Source: Takakia lepidozioides (lineage: Eukaryota > Plantae > Bryophyta). Taken from it: a DNA stretch of 64,000 bases. Position numbers and translations under genes: made by a program. The notes beneath the pieces were generated by a model. The model was not told the DNA's origin, did no database searches, and worked only from the letters and a program-made list of their open reading frames with translations. The stretch is taken from NCBI GenBank assembly GCA_030704615.1, contig CM060731.1:32550001-32614000 (forward strand). Reading direction: 5' to 3'. Below are positions 26,964 to 40,010 of the stretch, piece by piece. How positions within the stretch are numbered: position 1 is the stretch's first letter; every line of letters begins with the position of its first letter.

Positions 26964-29900
26964 ATGAGCCTCCTGTCAGTGTGGCTGGCGTTGTTGTCGT
27001 CAGAGTATTTGCTGGAACTCGGCGGCGAGGCGAAAGTGAGACTTAGAACAATGTTTATGAAGAGACGATGCATCAAGAAGGTGGAAAGTGTAGACGACAG
27101 GCAGGAGTGTATGTCGGTGTTGGATCTGCCAGAGCTTGCAATAGAGGGCATACTCTCTCGCCTGTCAGCTGCCTCACTCTGTCAGGTGGCAGGTGTCTGC
27201 CGAGACTTGCGGAAGAGGTGTGGCAGCGACCATCTCTGGAAGCACTTGTTTCATGCCAAATGGGCAACTATTGCAGGGCCATCGTCCTACTGCGAGTGGC
27301 AGCGGCATCTGCTGGTGCAAGCAGAGATGGGTACAGCGATAGAGCGGAGTGCAGGCCTCTGGGGTTGGCCACTGTCCTGCCTCTGGCCCTTCTCTTGGCT
27401 CAATCTACAGGGGCAGGTTCCCGTTAGCCCTCCTCCCAACTCACTCATGGCCTGGTATTGTGCATTGGAGAGCGGCACTTTCTGGTTCCCTGCTCAAGTC
27501 TACAATCGGGAGGTGGGTACTCTGCTGCACTGCATATGACACCTACAGCGCTCTATGTCTGTACCCTGTGGTCCCTAGACCTGACCTGTACCTATTCCTG
27601 CCAGGTACCAGCTCCTCTTTCATCTTTCACAAGGTCTCCCCTCCAGTATCCTCAAGTGGAAAGATCTATGGAGCTATCAGCTTCACAGAATTTCCTAATA
27701 TGATACAAGTGGCTATTAGACTAATACTCACGAAATGGAAGGGCTGGAAGGAGGTGACCAGGCATTGTCCTCAAAATGTAGTTGCCCGTGTACTCTGAGC
27801 TGGTGTTATATTAGAGTTATGGCTACTGCCATGGTGGTGGTGATCTGGTCGACCTGTTTTTGCACCCTCATCAGCTTGTTGAGTACTTCACATGCCCACT
27901 CTCTTCTGCTGCAGTTTTCTGAGATCCATCCCACCAAATGAGTTTGGAAAGATGAATTCGGCACACTTTATTACCCAAGAAAGTTGTCCACCCTCACGTA
28001 CTGCTTGTCTTTGGTTCTCCTTTGCTTCTTGCAACCTGATCACTTCCTAATCCTTTCTTTCCTCTAGCCAGACCTCTGCACCTCTCTCAGCTTGATTGTT
28101 TGAGGTGACTCCCACAACTGGAGGAGCCTTCTGCACTTGGTCACCATGAATCCCCTGTTGTGTTCTGCCTTCTCTTCTTTGTCTATGGCAAGCAAAGCCA
28201 GCGTATTTGATCCCATCTCTGTTCCTCTCCTTCCAAATGCATGGTTTATGCTGACAGTGTGCATCATAATTTGAATGGATTTCTGTAGCAGAACGGGCAC
28301 GTGGGATTTATGTTGTCGTGCTATGATGCTGAATTGAGCTATGATCGCCAATCAGACTCCTTCCGTGCTAGGTAAACCCCGTTTCTTTTGCACTCTTTGG
28401 TCTAGTCTGTTGATCTGTAATCGACCTTTTTGGGGTCCACCTCTTTGCATGTGTACTATTTTGTTGTTATCCCAGGCCAGGAACTGCATTTGTCTCAAAG
28501 TTAAGTTCCCTTAGTGGAGCGAGCCTTCTTTTACCCCTTACCCAGCTCAAAGGTCTACGGCCTCGAGGCTACAGCGAGCAACGTCTAACGAGTACATCCC
28601 TGAACTGACTTGCGGAAAAGGAAATGCATGTGTCCAATTTCCGGGCATGATGGTGAAGGTAGCATTTGTCGGGATATTGAGTTGGTCTAGGTGTCCTCTG
28701 CAAATCACCAGGCTGGATGTCACTGCACTCCCTTGTACTCAGTTTGAGAGGTGCAAGAAGTGTGGCCCTCCTTGAGCCCATAATTTTGGGATGAAAGGTG
28801 GTAAGTGTTTTGAGGAGGCCACATCTACAAGGAAAGGTAGGTCCCACTACTATGGTGGGCCCCAAGTGATGGTAGTGGTCCACATCCGTAGTGTCCCTGT
28901 ACCTTTGTTCACCAACTTCCAAAAAACTAAGGCTGAGCCTAAAGCCCTGTACCCGTTGGGTCTGATTGCTGAGCAGCCCACACACAGCAGAAATATGCTT
29001 GTGTGGGGGGCTTTCTAGAGGAAATCTGGAAAGCCCGAACTAATCGATTATATCAAGGTAAGTCCCACTACTGGAGTGAGCCCCTCACAAAGGTAGAGTC
29101 TGTTCCCTCTTGTTCTGCCCAAACTGGGCCTGGGGTCTATGGCCACAACTCTCTCAAGGATAGTTGTTTCTTTATCCACTTGTCTGTCCTCTTTTTTTTT
29201 CCGTTAATTGGATGATTAGACAGCATTAAATGGAATGCTTTGACTGAAGGACACAGATCCCTGGAAGTTAAGTCCCGAACCCAGGACCACAATACAACCC
29301 TCACTCATTGTATGACGTCCTCACTAGTCCTATCCACGAAATCTGGCTTTTAAGCTTCAGTGATTGGAAGACTTCGTCATGCCAGCCTCAGTTCTGAGGG
29401 TTTCTGGAAGATGCTACCGCATGCCAACTTGATTTCGATAATAGGCTCAAGCTGGTGGCTCTTTAATGCGCACAATCTCTTCCCTGCACCTTTCCATGCT
29501 TCCAAAGTGTGGAGAAGAGAGGCAGTTCAGCCTGCATTTCTCACTGAAGGAAGAGATTGACAGCCATGGGCTCTTCCTCAAGCACACTTGGGTAGAGGGC
29601 ATGAGCTAACAGGTTTTCCTTACTACCTCATGCATTGATCTAAATGCTAGAGCTTTGCAGGGCTGTTATGTTTGATGGTCATTTAGACTTACCTTTCTTG
29701 GTGTACGTGGATAACCACTAGTTCAGGCCGACAGAGTCTACTATTCCTCACTAACCACCTGCTATTGTTTGTGGCTCTGGATGGGATGGGAGCAGGTGAG
29801 GCGTCACTTTTGCCTTGATAGCTAGGAGTGGCTGCTGTCTAATGGCTTTCTTCTCCCAACCTTGTAAATGAGGTTTGGTTGCTTAGCATAAGAGTTTGGA

Positions 29901-32038
29901 AAGCGTATGAGGGGTATTCTTTCTATATGCTGACCGATTCGTCTATGATGCTGTGGTTCAATATCTATCATAGCTCTAAAATACAGGTGGTCAGCAGCAT
30001 TGGCTTGGGTAGTATCTGATGTTCTAGTCTTGTTATCTAATGCTGGACTTTGAAGGTGGTGTTAAACCTTTTGTGGTTATGGGAACTAAAAGTGACTCAG
30101 TATCTACTTCCCACCCCACCCCCGGGGACTAAAGGTAAGCTGAAAATGAAAAAGAGACTGTAAAGTATGATGAGGCCTGTTTCAGGCAGATGGATGTCAT
30201 TAAATTCTGGACTGATTTTGTATGAGTCAGCAATATCCTGTCTTTGCATAATAGCAGTAACATCTCTCTTTAAGATTCCCCATTACAACTAGAAAGAGTT
30301 GGCTTGCCCCAGGTATCCACCACATGGACCACGCACAATAGTGGTGGAGGAGGGAGTCCCATGGGAGCGCTTGCGGGCTCCGCCTATCAATACACCAGCA
30401 CATGACCTGCACTCGTCTGATTGCCTTGAGGAGTTGGTGCCTGGTGACCATGTCGAGGTGCAGTGGCGCAGAAACAAGGAATTCCCATATGGTGAAATTA
30501 CCTCCTTTGAACCTTCTCTCACCTCTCCCTTATTTAAAGAAACCTGAAAGCAATCAATCCTTGTGGTTCACTCTCCCCCCTTTAGTGGAGATTTTTAATT
30601 TTATTCCCTTTTTCCTCTTCCTGCTCATCAACTCCCCACCGTAAGTGTGCACCCTCCTATCAGGGCATGCTTGTAGTTTTACCTGTTCCTCCTAAAGCAT
30701 GTACTTTTGTAGGTGCATGTCACAAAATTTGGTGAGTTCACCTAGCAGTGCAAAACTTGGTACTGTAAGCATTGCTTGTGCTGCAAGTTGATAGGCATAT
30801 CAACAACAGGGATGCCCATGTCTAGTCTTCATTTTTCCATGCCTTGAGGATCTTGAGAGCCGTGTTGACCCTGAGCCGTAGAAGATGGCTCTGCTATATA
30901 CTTGTTACCTAGAGTAGCCCACCACCAGCCTGTAGTTTTGCTAAGTTGCCCACAATGCACCACAGAACCCCTTGTAGCTGCAGAGACCTTATAGCTTCTT
31001 TCCTTTGTCATCTTTCTCTCTCCCTAGTTTACTATAGGTGCTCTTTTTCTCTTTTTGCTCTACTTGACCCATACAGACGCACTGAGATAATTTTGAAGCC
31101 CCTTCATCTCTGTGTCTTTGGAGCTCCAGAAGTTCCCCACAGCCCAACAGTGTACCTTCTTTTTCTTTTTTCTTTTTTTCTTTTTTTTGGGGGAAAAAGG
31201 GGACAGTACCCCTGAATAGTATTAAAAAAGGTGCAAAAGTAATTACCATGAGGCCTTCTTTCACTCTCAACAACAATAAGTTAGCCGAAACTAAATAAAT
31301 TAGCCATATTTTTCATCTTTAGTGTCCACAGGCTGGTTTGCTCTCTTAGTGTGATTTCATACATTCGAACTATGTTATGTATGGGGGGCTATTTATTAAG
31401 TGGGATAAGATTGAGGATGGCAGGATGGTGGTATGGAGTGGTGGGACACGCGGAGACATGCAGCCGGGACAGGCACCGCTGCCTCTGCCATTTGCAGGGT
31501 CTGTTATCATATCTCACCTCATGATTTGTAGTAATGTAGCTGTTACAATGTGTGTTGGAGTTTCGTGGAGAGTAGGACAATCAGAACGTATGTTTGAACG
31601 GTTCCTTCCTTTGGAATGTTGACCTTTGGTTTTAAGTATCCTGAATGAATGCTTGAAAGACCAGCGATTATGTTTTTTCTTGCTTCTCTCTCCTTATTAA
31701 CTTCCACTAGCCAGCTCCTATCGTGCATGCAGCTTGAGGTGATGTTGCACATCAGTGCCGAGTTGTCCTCTGGCTCCACTGACCTTTGCAGCTTCACCTT
31801 CAAGGCACCTTAGTACCAATGTATGTTCACAGGTGCATATCTGTGTGCAGATACAGTTTGGTTGGAGTTCAACCAGTACACATTTGCATCACGCTGGCGA
31901 CGAGCTGCAATTGATCGCAAAAGCCACCGGGAAGAGGGCAATGATGCAGAGGGTTTCTACGGGGGCATCAGGAAATTACGCACCAAGGAAGAGATATCTA
32001 TATGGGAGCGGATGTGGCCGACGGAGACATTGGAATGA
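26964..32038 (+). CDS. F-box protein of the At2g32560/At2g26850-like family, 5 coding exons
   Basis: Exons 26964 (alternative in-frame ATG 26847)-27512, 28292-28371, 30313-30491, 31424-31498 and 31851-32038. F-box [15 protein letters not shown], then [11 protein letters not shown]|[39 protein letters not shown] and EFNQY...GFYGGIRKL. Confidence 0.92.
28500..29156 (+). mobile_element. Two further 3' fragments of the same LINE family as in the PCH2 intron
   Basis: 28890-29156 matches the PCH2-intron copies ([14 protein letters not shown]; gagtgagcccctcacaaaggtag; gtctatggccacaa followed by CTCTCTC). A second, degenerate 3' end finishes near 28598 (caacgtctaacgagtacat). Confidence 0.7.
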
Positions 32039-35000
32039 GCTGTGTGAAGATTCCCTACCCATTGATTACTTCGCAGCTGTATTGCTCTTGTAAAGTGCAC
32101 TCAATTTCTTAGAGCTTTTGGAAAGCTAATTTAAGTATTTACAGCTGAACACTATGATTCTTTTTAGGTTGATGTAGAAACTAGAGGCGCAAACTTGCGC
32201 ATACTATTAATACATTAGCAATTTGCTCTCCATCTTCACTGTAGCTTCTGGCCTTAGATAGGTGGAAGCTAATTAAACATTAAAAGTATGCAACATTTGG
32301 GTTAATTCGATTTTTTTATTTGCAAGATCCTTTGTCCACAGCCATAATATGCCAGACGATGTATGTGGAATTCAGGGATATGCTTACCCATCTGAGCCAT
32401 ATAGCATCATTGACTATACGGGTCATTCTCCTGCCTCAATGAATGAGTAGATTGGTTGATTCTCGAAGGCACTGGTGAACAGTGCACATTCCTGTGGGTG
32501 CACATTCGAAAGAGGAACTTTCAACCTAATCACAAGCTCATGAATTGGTCAGAAGCTTACATCACCATTTGGCCTTGGGTTTCTCTCTCTATTTCACCCC
32601 AGACTTTCGAAGTGCCAAATTAAAATGGTGAAAAGTGTAATGAAAGAAAAGCCAAAAATCCCACTATGGGAGCACACACACCAAGTAACTGTCTGGGAAA
32701 AAGGGTAGTAGAATCGCAACTCTCTTGTGGACCAATTCCCATCTGAGAAACTGTTTCAGTCTGGCCTAAAATCGAAGACCCATTACAGAGAAAATTTGGG
32801 AAAGTTCTACTATGGATGAGTTTGCAAGACCTGTGGCAGGACCTCCAATGCCAGTCCAAGTGCAGGTAAGAAACTGAACTCGCTGTAGTTGATAAGAACA
32901 CATGAAGATTACTGTCGAGTTTTTTGCTATGGCTTATGAGAGGCCCTACATATGCTTTTGTTGGCCCTGCCTTCCTAAGGCAGGCAGGACTACGCAATGG
33001 GTTTTTGATGCTTAGCACCGATAGTTTGGATTACGCTCCGAATTACATTGAGACAAGTGTAACTGGAATATTACGTCCGTATTTGTAATGAATGAAATCC
33101 GTTGCATGATAGATTCATGCACTCTTTCAAATTACTCTCTGCCCTTGGGAACTATCTTTTCTAGTTTATTCTTTAAGTTGGAACTGTATCAGAAACCCTT
33201 TTCACAAAGTACCTCAGCAAATCAGAAAACTCCCTCTCTCTCTTCTCCCTTCCCCACTTCAAACATTGCCACTGCACCATGATTTATAGACCTACTTGAC
33301 TCAACAGCCGTAATGCTAAAAATGCTTTGTTGGTATTTGCTCATATTCCACATGGACAGTAGTGACAACAATAAGCAAGATAACCCTATTGTAGCCCCTA
33401 AATTTTCCATAATGTAGTTTGTTTCAAGTTCTGCATGTTTCATTGCATCTAATTATTCCATGTTTATTATTTTAATGTTTTGTTGGTCATCAGATCGGTT
33501 TATATCTTTATATATTTGCCATCAGCTAAAAGCAATCAGCCATAAGCCATAAGCAATCAGCTATCAGCAAGGGTCACTTGGTATTTGCAGAAGTGACAAA
33601 GCAAAAGCTTCATCAGCTAAAAAATGATTACATGTTAAATTCAAGTGTATTTTCTTCGGTCCTTTGTGTGATTTGAACTAGTTTCCAATCCCACTCCGAG
33701 GGCCCAAGGGAGAGCTTAATTGATTCCAGTTGTCAATTGGGCATATAAAATGAAAACGGGCAATGATTGTCCAAGATCAGAAATGATGCGATTCTTAGAT
33801 AATGAATAAACTGATGTATCTAGGCTCTATAACGGAGTTGTGAGGTAAAGAGGCCGCATACTCGGAGGCAATCCTAATTAATTACAGTGGATTTCTCCAG
33901 TCTAAAAGGTGCATGCTCTATCCTCCCATGAACTCTATGAAATCAGGAATTATAGATGGCCATGTAATAATCTAGCAGCAGATGGAATAACGAACTGGTC
34001 CAAAAGAAAAGTCATTGCCACCAACACACATACTAATAAATAATATTATAATAATATTTATTGAAAATTATATCAACTCTTTATCAAGTTAATTTTACCT
34101 ATAGTTGTTGTGATGATACTTAAGTCACAGCCTCAATTAGCTTCAGTAGCAATGAAACTCAAGTCAAATACTAGAATAGCAATTAGAGAGATAATTCAAG
34201 TTCAGCATGTAGTTATATTATAGTTATCTCAATTGATTTTACTAATTTAGCTAAAGATTCAAGTTAGAGTAAAAAAATAGCAGTTGGAGATAACTCAAAT
34301 TGAGCTTAGTTATCTAAGCTAATTCTAGTATAGACCTTGAGTATAAATAGGAAGAGCTCGAAAGGGAATACCAGCTGTTGTATTTCTATGGTTGGGTGGC
34401 TTGCATGCATTTGTATTTGCGTTTGCATGTGATCCGCCAAATGTAAATAGTCACGGACTAACATATGCAGCATTATTATGTTTTAGAAAAAAACTAAATT
34501 TGTTCCTCTTAGCTCATTTTCAAGTCAAAAATTTCAATGTAGATGATAACATACGCGAAGTAATACACAAACTAGAAACAAAACATTAAATTCACAGCAT
34601 CTATATTGTACAAATCTAATCATACAATCATTTTTTTTTTAAAACATTGAATATTTGTTCAACTCACAACCAACCTCGACTATCGTGATATTATGAACAA
34701 CTAAGAATCTATGATCATCATTTTACAACAGATTTGTAACTACAATGAGGTAGGGCTTGCATGTATTCCATGCATTTGTTCTTTCAGTCTCACTCAGCAC
34801 CTCATCCATACCTACCTCATCTTTATTTATCCTCACAGATTGGCACTTTAACAAACTTACATTTGAGTATTGTCAACACCTGTGAAATTGACACTAGCAT
34901 CAAACACAGATGCCATACCAGATTGGACATTGTTTGCCAGCTCCTCTCATGAAAGGACAATTTTGTCATCTAAATAGAGAACTAAACGCATTGCAGAACA

Positions 35001-36329
35001 CATGAACACATTGGAGAATACACAACCACAACAGAAATTGACAGTACCATGCAAAATAAATCTTTATTATCTCAGTTGAAGAATTTAAAGCCTCTCATTT
35101 TACAATAATTGGGACATTATGGCACACGCGCGAGCTGACCGGTGGGCCCCGCGCTCGGACGCCCGGCTCCTCCCACCCACCGCCGCGCGCGGTCGCCCAG
35201 CAGCTGCCACGGCCCCAGCAGCCCTGCCCGCGCTCCGCCGCACCCCCAGTCCGCTGCCCGTGAGTCCAGTTCCCCTCAGTCCGCCAAACCGCCCGTCCGC
35301 TGTGCACGCCAGTCCGTTGTGCCAGTCCCCACAAGTCCACCCAACAGTCCGTTGTGCCCGTCTGCTGCCCCCCAGTCTGCCAGTCTGCCAATCCGCGCCG
35401 GCCGGAGGATCTGGATTGTCCATCCTGAGAAACCCATCCGCGCCATCCATGCATATGCAAGTGGGGGCGTGTATACATTGCAGAATTTATGTCCACCGAT
35501 GAGACTGTTCAAGGGAGGACGTCTCTGCCACCACATGTCTGGGAACTGCGGAGAGTGTGAACGGAACAGGATCCAGTCCGAAGGTCCTCAAACATCCAGA
35601 TGCACCTCCTGAGTCATCATATCTCAACCACTACCGTCTCCTTGAAAATTGGACAATGGAAAAGGAGACGTAGCCTGAGAGATGTGGATTCATGTTGCTT
35701 GTGGATGTTCGAGGTCCTTACGACTGCAAATGCACGTGGATCAACAGGCTCTTCGACTGCGTCTTTGTCAGTACTTTTTCTAAGCAGGGTGTTGTGCCAT
35801 GAGTATGGGCATATGTAAGTCTGCTAGACGGATGAAATGCAACGACAGCATGACGGCAATGCCAAGCGTGGTTCTGATGGGATATCAGTCTGGTCTGCTG
35901 GACTGTTGGTCTGTAGGGATACCAGTCTAGTGTGGCGCGAAATCTGTTCTTCACTGGACTACCTGGCCGTCAATGCCTGCCGAATTCCGAAGTGTCTTCT
36001 CTCGTCGTATCCCCGAAGTCTCTCCTCTCGTCAGTCTGTTGAACCATCGGTCAGCTGAAAGTCCGTTTAACTACTACCTGCATCTGGAGGCGTACAACCA
36101 CTCTTGCCTACTGTGATAGTCTCACATATACCACTAACAGAGTGGTGTGCAAGTGATTCATACATTATCTCCATGTTGTTTGGGTCTGTAGGGAGGAGGG
36201 AGTGCGATGTAGGCTCGACTGTCCCATCTTGAGGGTAGTGTGGTTGCCTTGTCAGAAACCCAGATCCCCACGATTGAGGGCACATTGGCCACTATAAAAG
36301 CTGAAGTGGCTAAGGCTTCCAAGGACAAT

Positions 36330-36610
36330 GCCCAAAAACTGGATGCATTGATGGCAATGATGCTGGGAATATCGACGCCCCTCCTCCAATTGCTATCCCA
36401 ACATGTCATTTAATTGCACCAATGGATGATGATGCAGGCTTGGAAGGCAACACTTTTGTGCAAGAGGTGGGTTACATTATTCTTCACCCCACGTTTTTTT
36501 TTTTTGGCGTCCCTAAAGTATTTCTTGAGTTTGAGATGAGCTGTTGTGGTATGTTTTTGCTCAGGTGTAGGAAGAAGCTCCACAAGTTGGGGAAAAGCCA
36601 CATTCAGTGG
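36330..36610 (-). pseudogene. Degenerate MULE transposase C-terminal fragment
   Basis: LPTPEQ..HLKLKKYFRDAK and WDSNWRRGVDIP resemble the post-catalytic region of plant MULE/SWIM proteins; frameshifted. Confidence 0.45.
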
Positions 36611-36989
36611 TTGAGGACCCTGTAATCACTACTGTACGGGTGGGGCGCAAGGGGGCTCCTGAAAAATTGCCACGCAAGAAGGGAGGTGCAAGTGGGACAA
36701 CACTAGCTGCTGGTGATGACGTCTACTCCATTGACAATGTTGGTAAGGGTGATAGTAGGGTGTTGGCAGACAAGAATGTACCTATTCCTCACCAGGCAAC
36801 TTCCCCACAGAAAGAGGTGCCTCCTCCTAGACTTTATCTTGTTTCATTTTCTTGGGCAGACTGTCCGTCATCTGTTACTCTCATGTATGTTTTATTTAAT
36901 GGTGTGCGTGACACCAATATAGCCATGAATGCATTATGAACATGTTGGTAAGTACTCATGTACTGTACCATGTTGTTTCTGGCATGTAA

Positions 36990-37314
36990 ATAGGGGAGAA
37001 AAAGATCCGGAAGGCTTGCCGGAAGGATGAGCTGGCGAAGTCCGTGATGCAGGACTTGAGGATGGGGGTTAAATCGCAGTTCCACTTGCAAAATGGACTG
37101 CTCCGGTATAAGCAAAAGCGTCTCTACGTACCGAAGGGAGGGATCAGAGATAGCCTCTTGAGAGAATGCCATGATAGCCCGCTTGCGGGCCACGGCGGAG
37201 CCAAGCGCACTGCGGCACTCTTGAAGAAAAAGTATTTCTGGCCCAAACTGAGGGAGGAGGCAGAGGAGTATGTCAAGACATGCACCACATGCCAACAAAA
37301 CCGGAGCGAGTACA
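36990..37314 (+). mobile_element. Ty3/gypsy integrase N-terminal HHCC domain, inverted relative to the gag-pol half
   Basis: RLYVPKGGIRDSLLRECHDSPLAGHGG...YFWPKLREEAEEYVKTCTTCQQNR. Confidence 0.88.
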
Positions 37315-38080
37315 CTTGACTCTACTCTCCACTAGCTAGTTCGGCCGACTTCCTCCAAGTCCCGGCCAAGGGTGGAACCTCTCAAGCTCCTCCCAGTGCA
37401 CTCTTCTTGGCCTACTTCAAGGCCAAGGAACGATCCTCCCCGAGTATCGAATCGCCTTACTGCAACAACATTGCTTGCGATCGCTCATGATGCCGCTTTT
37501 GGCACCACCTTGAGCAAGGGTTCACTTCGAACCCTCTTTGACTAGGAAGATAACCTTGAACCAACCGTGCGCCCCAATCACTACAATTGGGTCCGCCTTG
37601 GAATGCTGGCCTGAGGTACGGGAACATGCCGAAGCCGCACTACGACTTTGTCCCGAGGCTACACGATTATAGTACGTGAACGGAAGCACGTAGCTTCCGC
37701 GTTAACCCGCACTACAAGGCAACCCCCTCGGTAGCGCAGTTATAGTACGAGCATGCGCCATGTGCGCACTAGCACGTGAACTCCCAAAGAAGGCGCAAGT
37801 TTCCTTGCCCCTTGGATGGGGGTCACCCGATTCGGCACTACGCAAACACACGATTAACCCAATTTACCTCTCCCACTTTTATAAGCTAGCATGCATTCTA
37901 CACACTAGCCAACCATACCATGCATCACCATTCCAAACAAAATAGGAAGCACAACATTTGGAAGCCATTTCATTTATAGCACGTTTTGTACAATACAAGT
38001 TTTTGCAATCGGATTCCTAAGCTAGCTAAGCCGGGCTAAGCATGCATTTCCTCCCCCACGCTCCAAGGTTGATGTCCCCA

Positions 38081-39000
38081 TCAACGCTTCTTCCGCTTTT
38101 GAGGTCGCCCTTCGAAAGCTGCAACCGCCTCGGGTGCGTTTCCCATTTCTGAGGCACGCACCCAAGATGCCTCCACATGATGATAGCCCTTCCATTTGAC
38201 GAGATACTCCGTTTCTCGGTTCTTGAACCTCCTCGACTTAAGTATTGCCTCCACCTCGTACTCAGGTTCATTTTCATGATCCAACAGCATAGGTGGCGGA
38301 CGCAACACTTGATGCCGATTTGGACGCGCTTCATCTTTGAAGTAAGGCTTCAAAAGGGAGACATGGAATACTGGGTGCACCTTGCTGTTTGCCGGCAGCT
38401 CCAATTCATACACATCCTCATTCATAACCTTCCGAATGCGAAAGGGTCCCGCATACGGAGGTACGAACTTCGGACTCACTTCCGGAGGTAGTCGGAAATT
38501 CTTGATGTTCAACCAGACCTCTGTGCCTGCCTCAAACTTCACTTCCCTCCGCTTCCAATTTGCCTACCTTTCATACCATTTCCTAGCTTTGGCAATGTTG
38601 TACTTTGCGAGCTTCAACAAACGCTCGCGTTCTTCCAGTACCGCCGCTACTGCCGGTTCCTCAACGTCCTGGGCGGCCCAACTTGTCGGCACCAGAGGTG
38701 CTTTTCCATAGACCAATACGAAAGGGGAAACTCCCGTTGCGGAGTGTTCTGTGTTATTATAACAGAACTCTGCCGCGTCTAAGTGTTCCACCCAGTCTGT
38801 TTGGTCTGCCGACACGTAATTCCGCAAGATCTACTTCACTACGGAATTCACTCTTTTTGTTTGGCCGTCGGTCGTAGGTCGGAAGGCGGTGCTCATCTTC
38901 AGTCTCGTCCCCATCTTCTTCCAAAGTGCCTTCCAAAATTTACTCGTAAACTTTGGATCGCGGTCCGAGACAATATCCTTCGGGACTCCATGATGCTTTA
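38081..39000 (-). mobile_element. Ty3/gypsy integrase core, GPF motif and chromodomain, with in-frame stops
   Basis: [77 protein letters not shown]-like TGGGGGAGGAAA follows at 38058-38047. Confidence 0.92.
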
Positions 39001-39154
39001 AAGACGTGGGCGAAGTAAAGTCGCCCTGTCTCCTGCCATGGGACGCCATGGTACGGAAACAAACTCCTTGATGTGGGACGCCACAACTTGGATGTTCGTT
39101 TCTACAAAATGGACAAGTCGATGAGGACATCGACTCCCCGTTGGTAGGGGTGTG

Positions 39155-39872
39155 TGTCGCAGCCCTTTGCCTTGAGGGCAGGGGGTCAGGACACATGAGG
39201 GGCTGCCCCTGTGGTGGGGGCAGCGGCAGCGATAGGTATGGGGGGCTGAAGCACCCTTGAGTGCCCAAGGCACTCAAGGAGGCGGAGGCGCTCACTAGGT
39301 GGAGCCCCGCACACCGGGTTGCGGTGGGGGTGGCTCCACAAGGGGTGGTGGTAGCTTAGCGGGACTTAGTGGGGGTGGCATAGGACTCACCATGGGGGCG
39401 GAGACCTCGTGGTGGGAGTCGTGGGGAGTCTTAGGACTCATCACGGTCCATAGGGGCCGTGGTGAGTGGGCCAAGACTCACCGCGACTCATCGGGAGTCG
39501 AGGGTTTTCGTGGTGGTTCGCCATAAAATGGCATGGCTGGTTGTGAAACCCCCGCGGACAGCTACAGAAGTATATATAAGGGGAGTAGTGACCCCGAGAA
39601 CGGTGCAAGCCCGTTGGTGACCAAAAACTAGTGAGTAAGCGAGCGAGCCGTAAAACGACCAAAGAGTGGGGGAGCTGTTCTGGACTGCCATCTACCAAAG
39701 GGAATTCCACTAGGCCCAAATAAGTGGAGGGTTTAGTGGGAGATCGAAGGGGGACCGTTATGTCCCGGTGAGCAGCCGAAGCTCCAAGTTGGCCCGGCGG
39801 CCAGGTTGGGAGTCAGGCGCGCGCATCAAAGCGAGTAACTATGACTTGAAGGGGAGCTTACCGAAGTGAGGT
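39155..39872 (+). mobile_element. 3' LTR of the chromovirus, inverted relative to the 5' LTR
   Basis: Reverse-complement near-copy of 45927-46654 (several substitutions and a 3-bp indel). Starts TGTCGCA after a purine tract (TGGTAGGGGTG). The terminal few bases are disrupted. Confidence 0.9.
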
Positions 39873-39899
39873 GCACTTTATGCGACTCCGATCAAAACC

Positions 39900-40010
39900 A
39901 CACAGACCAAGGTACTTCGACATTACCCACTCAATATCAATTTTTCAATGATGTCTTCGAGAAGAAAAATGCAGACATGTTGCCAGAACAACGACCTTAT
40001 GATTGTGCAC
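39900..40010 (+). mobile_element. Stub of pol (RT N-terminus) from the Tcn1-like host element
   Basis: Translates LPTQYQFFNDVFEKKNADMLPEQRPYDCA, the conserved gypsy pre-RT motif. Confidence 0.7.

Noticed and set aside
35095-35612. Overlapping GC-rich ORFs here and at 49789-50301
   Set aside because: By-products of the stop-poor MULE TIRs; no recognisable domains.
36627-36640. CACTACTG as the partner of the CACTA end at 42526
   Set aside because: Only 7 bp match, no 3-bp TSD and no subterminal repeats.
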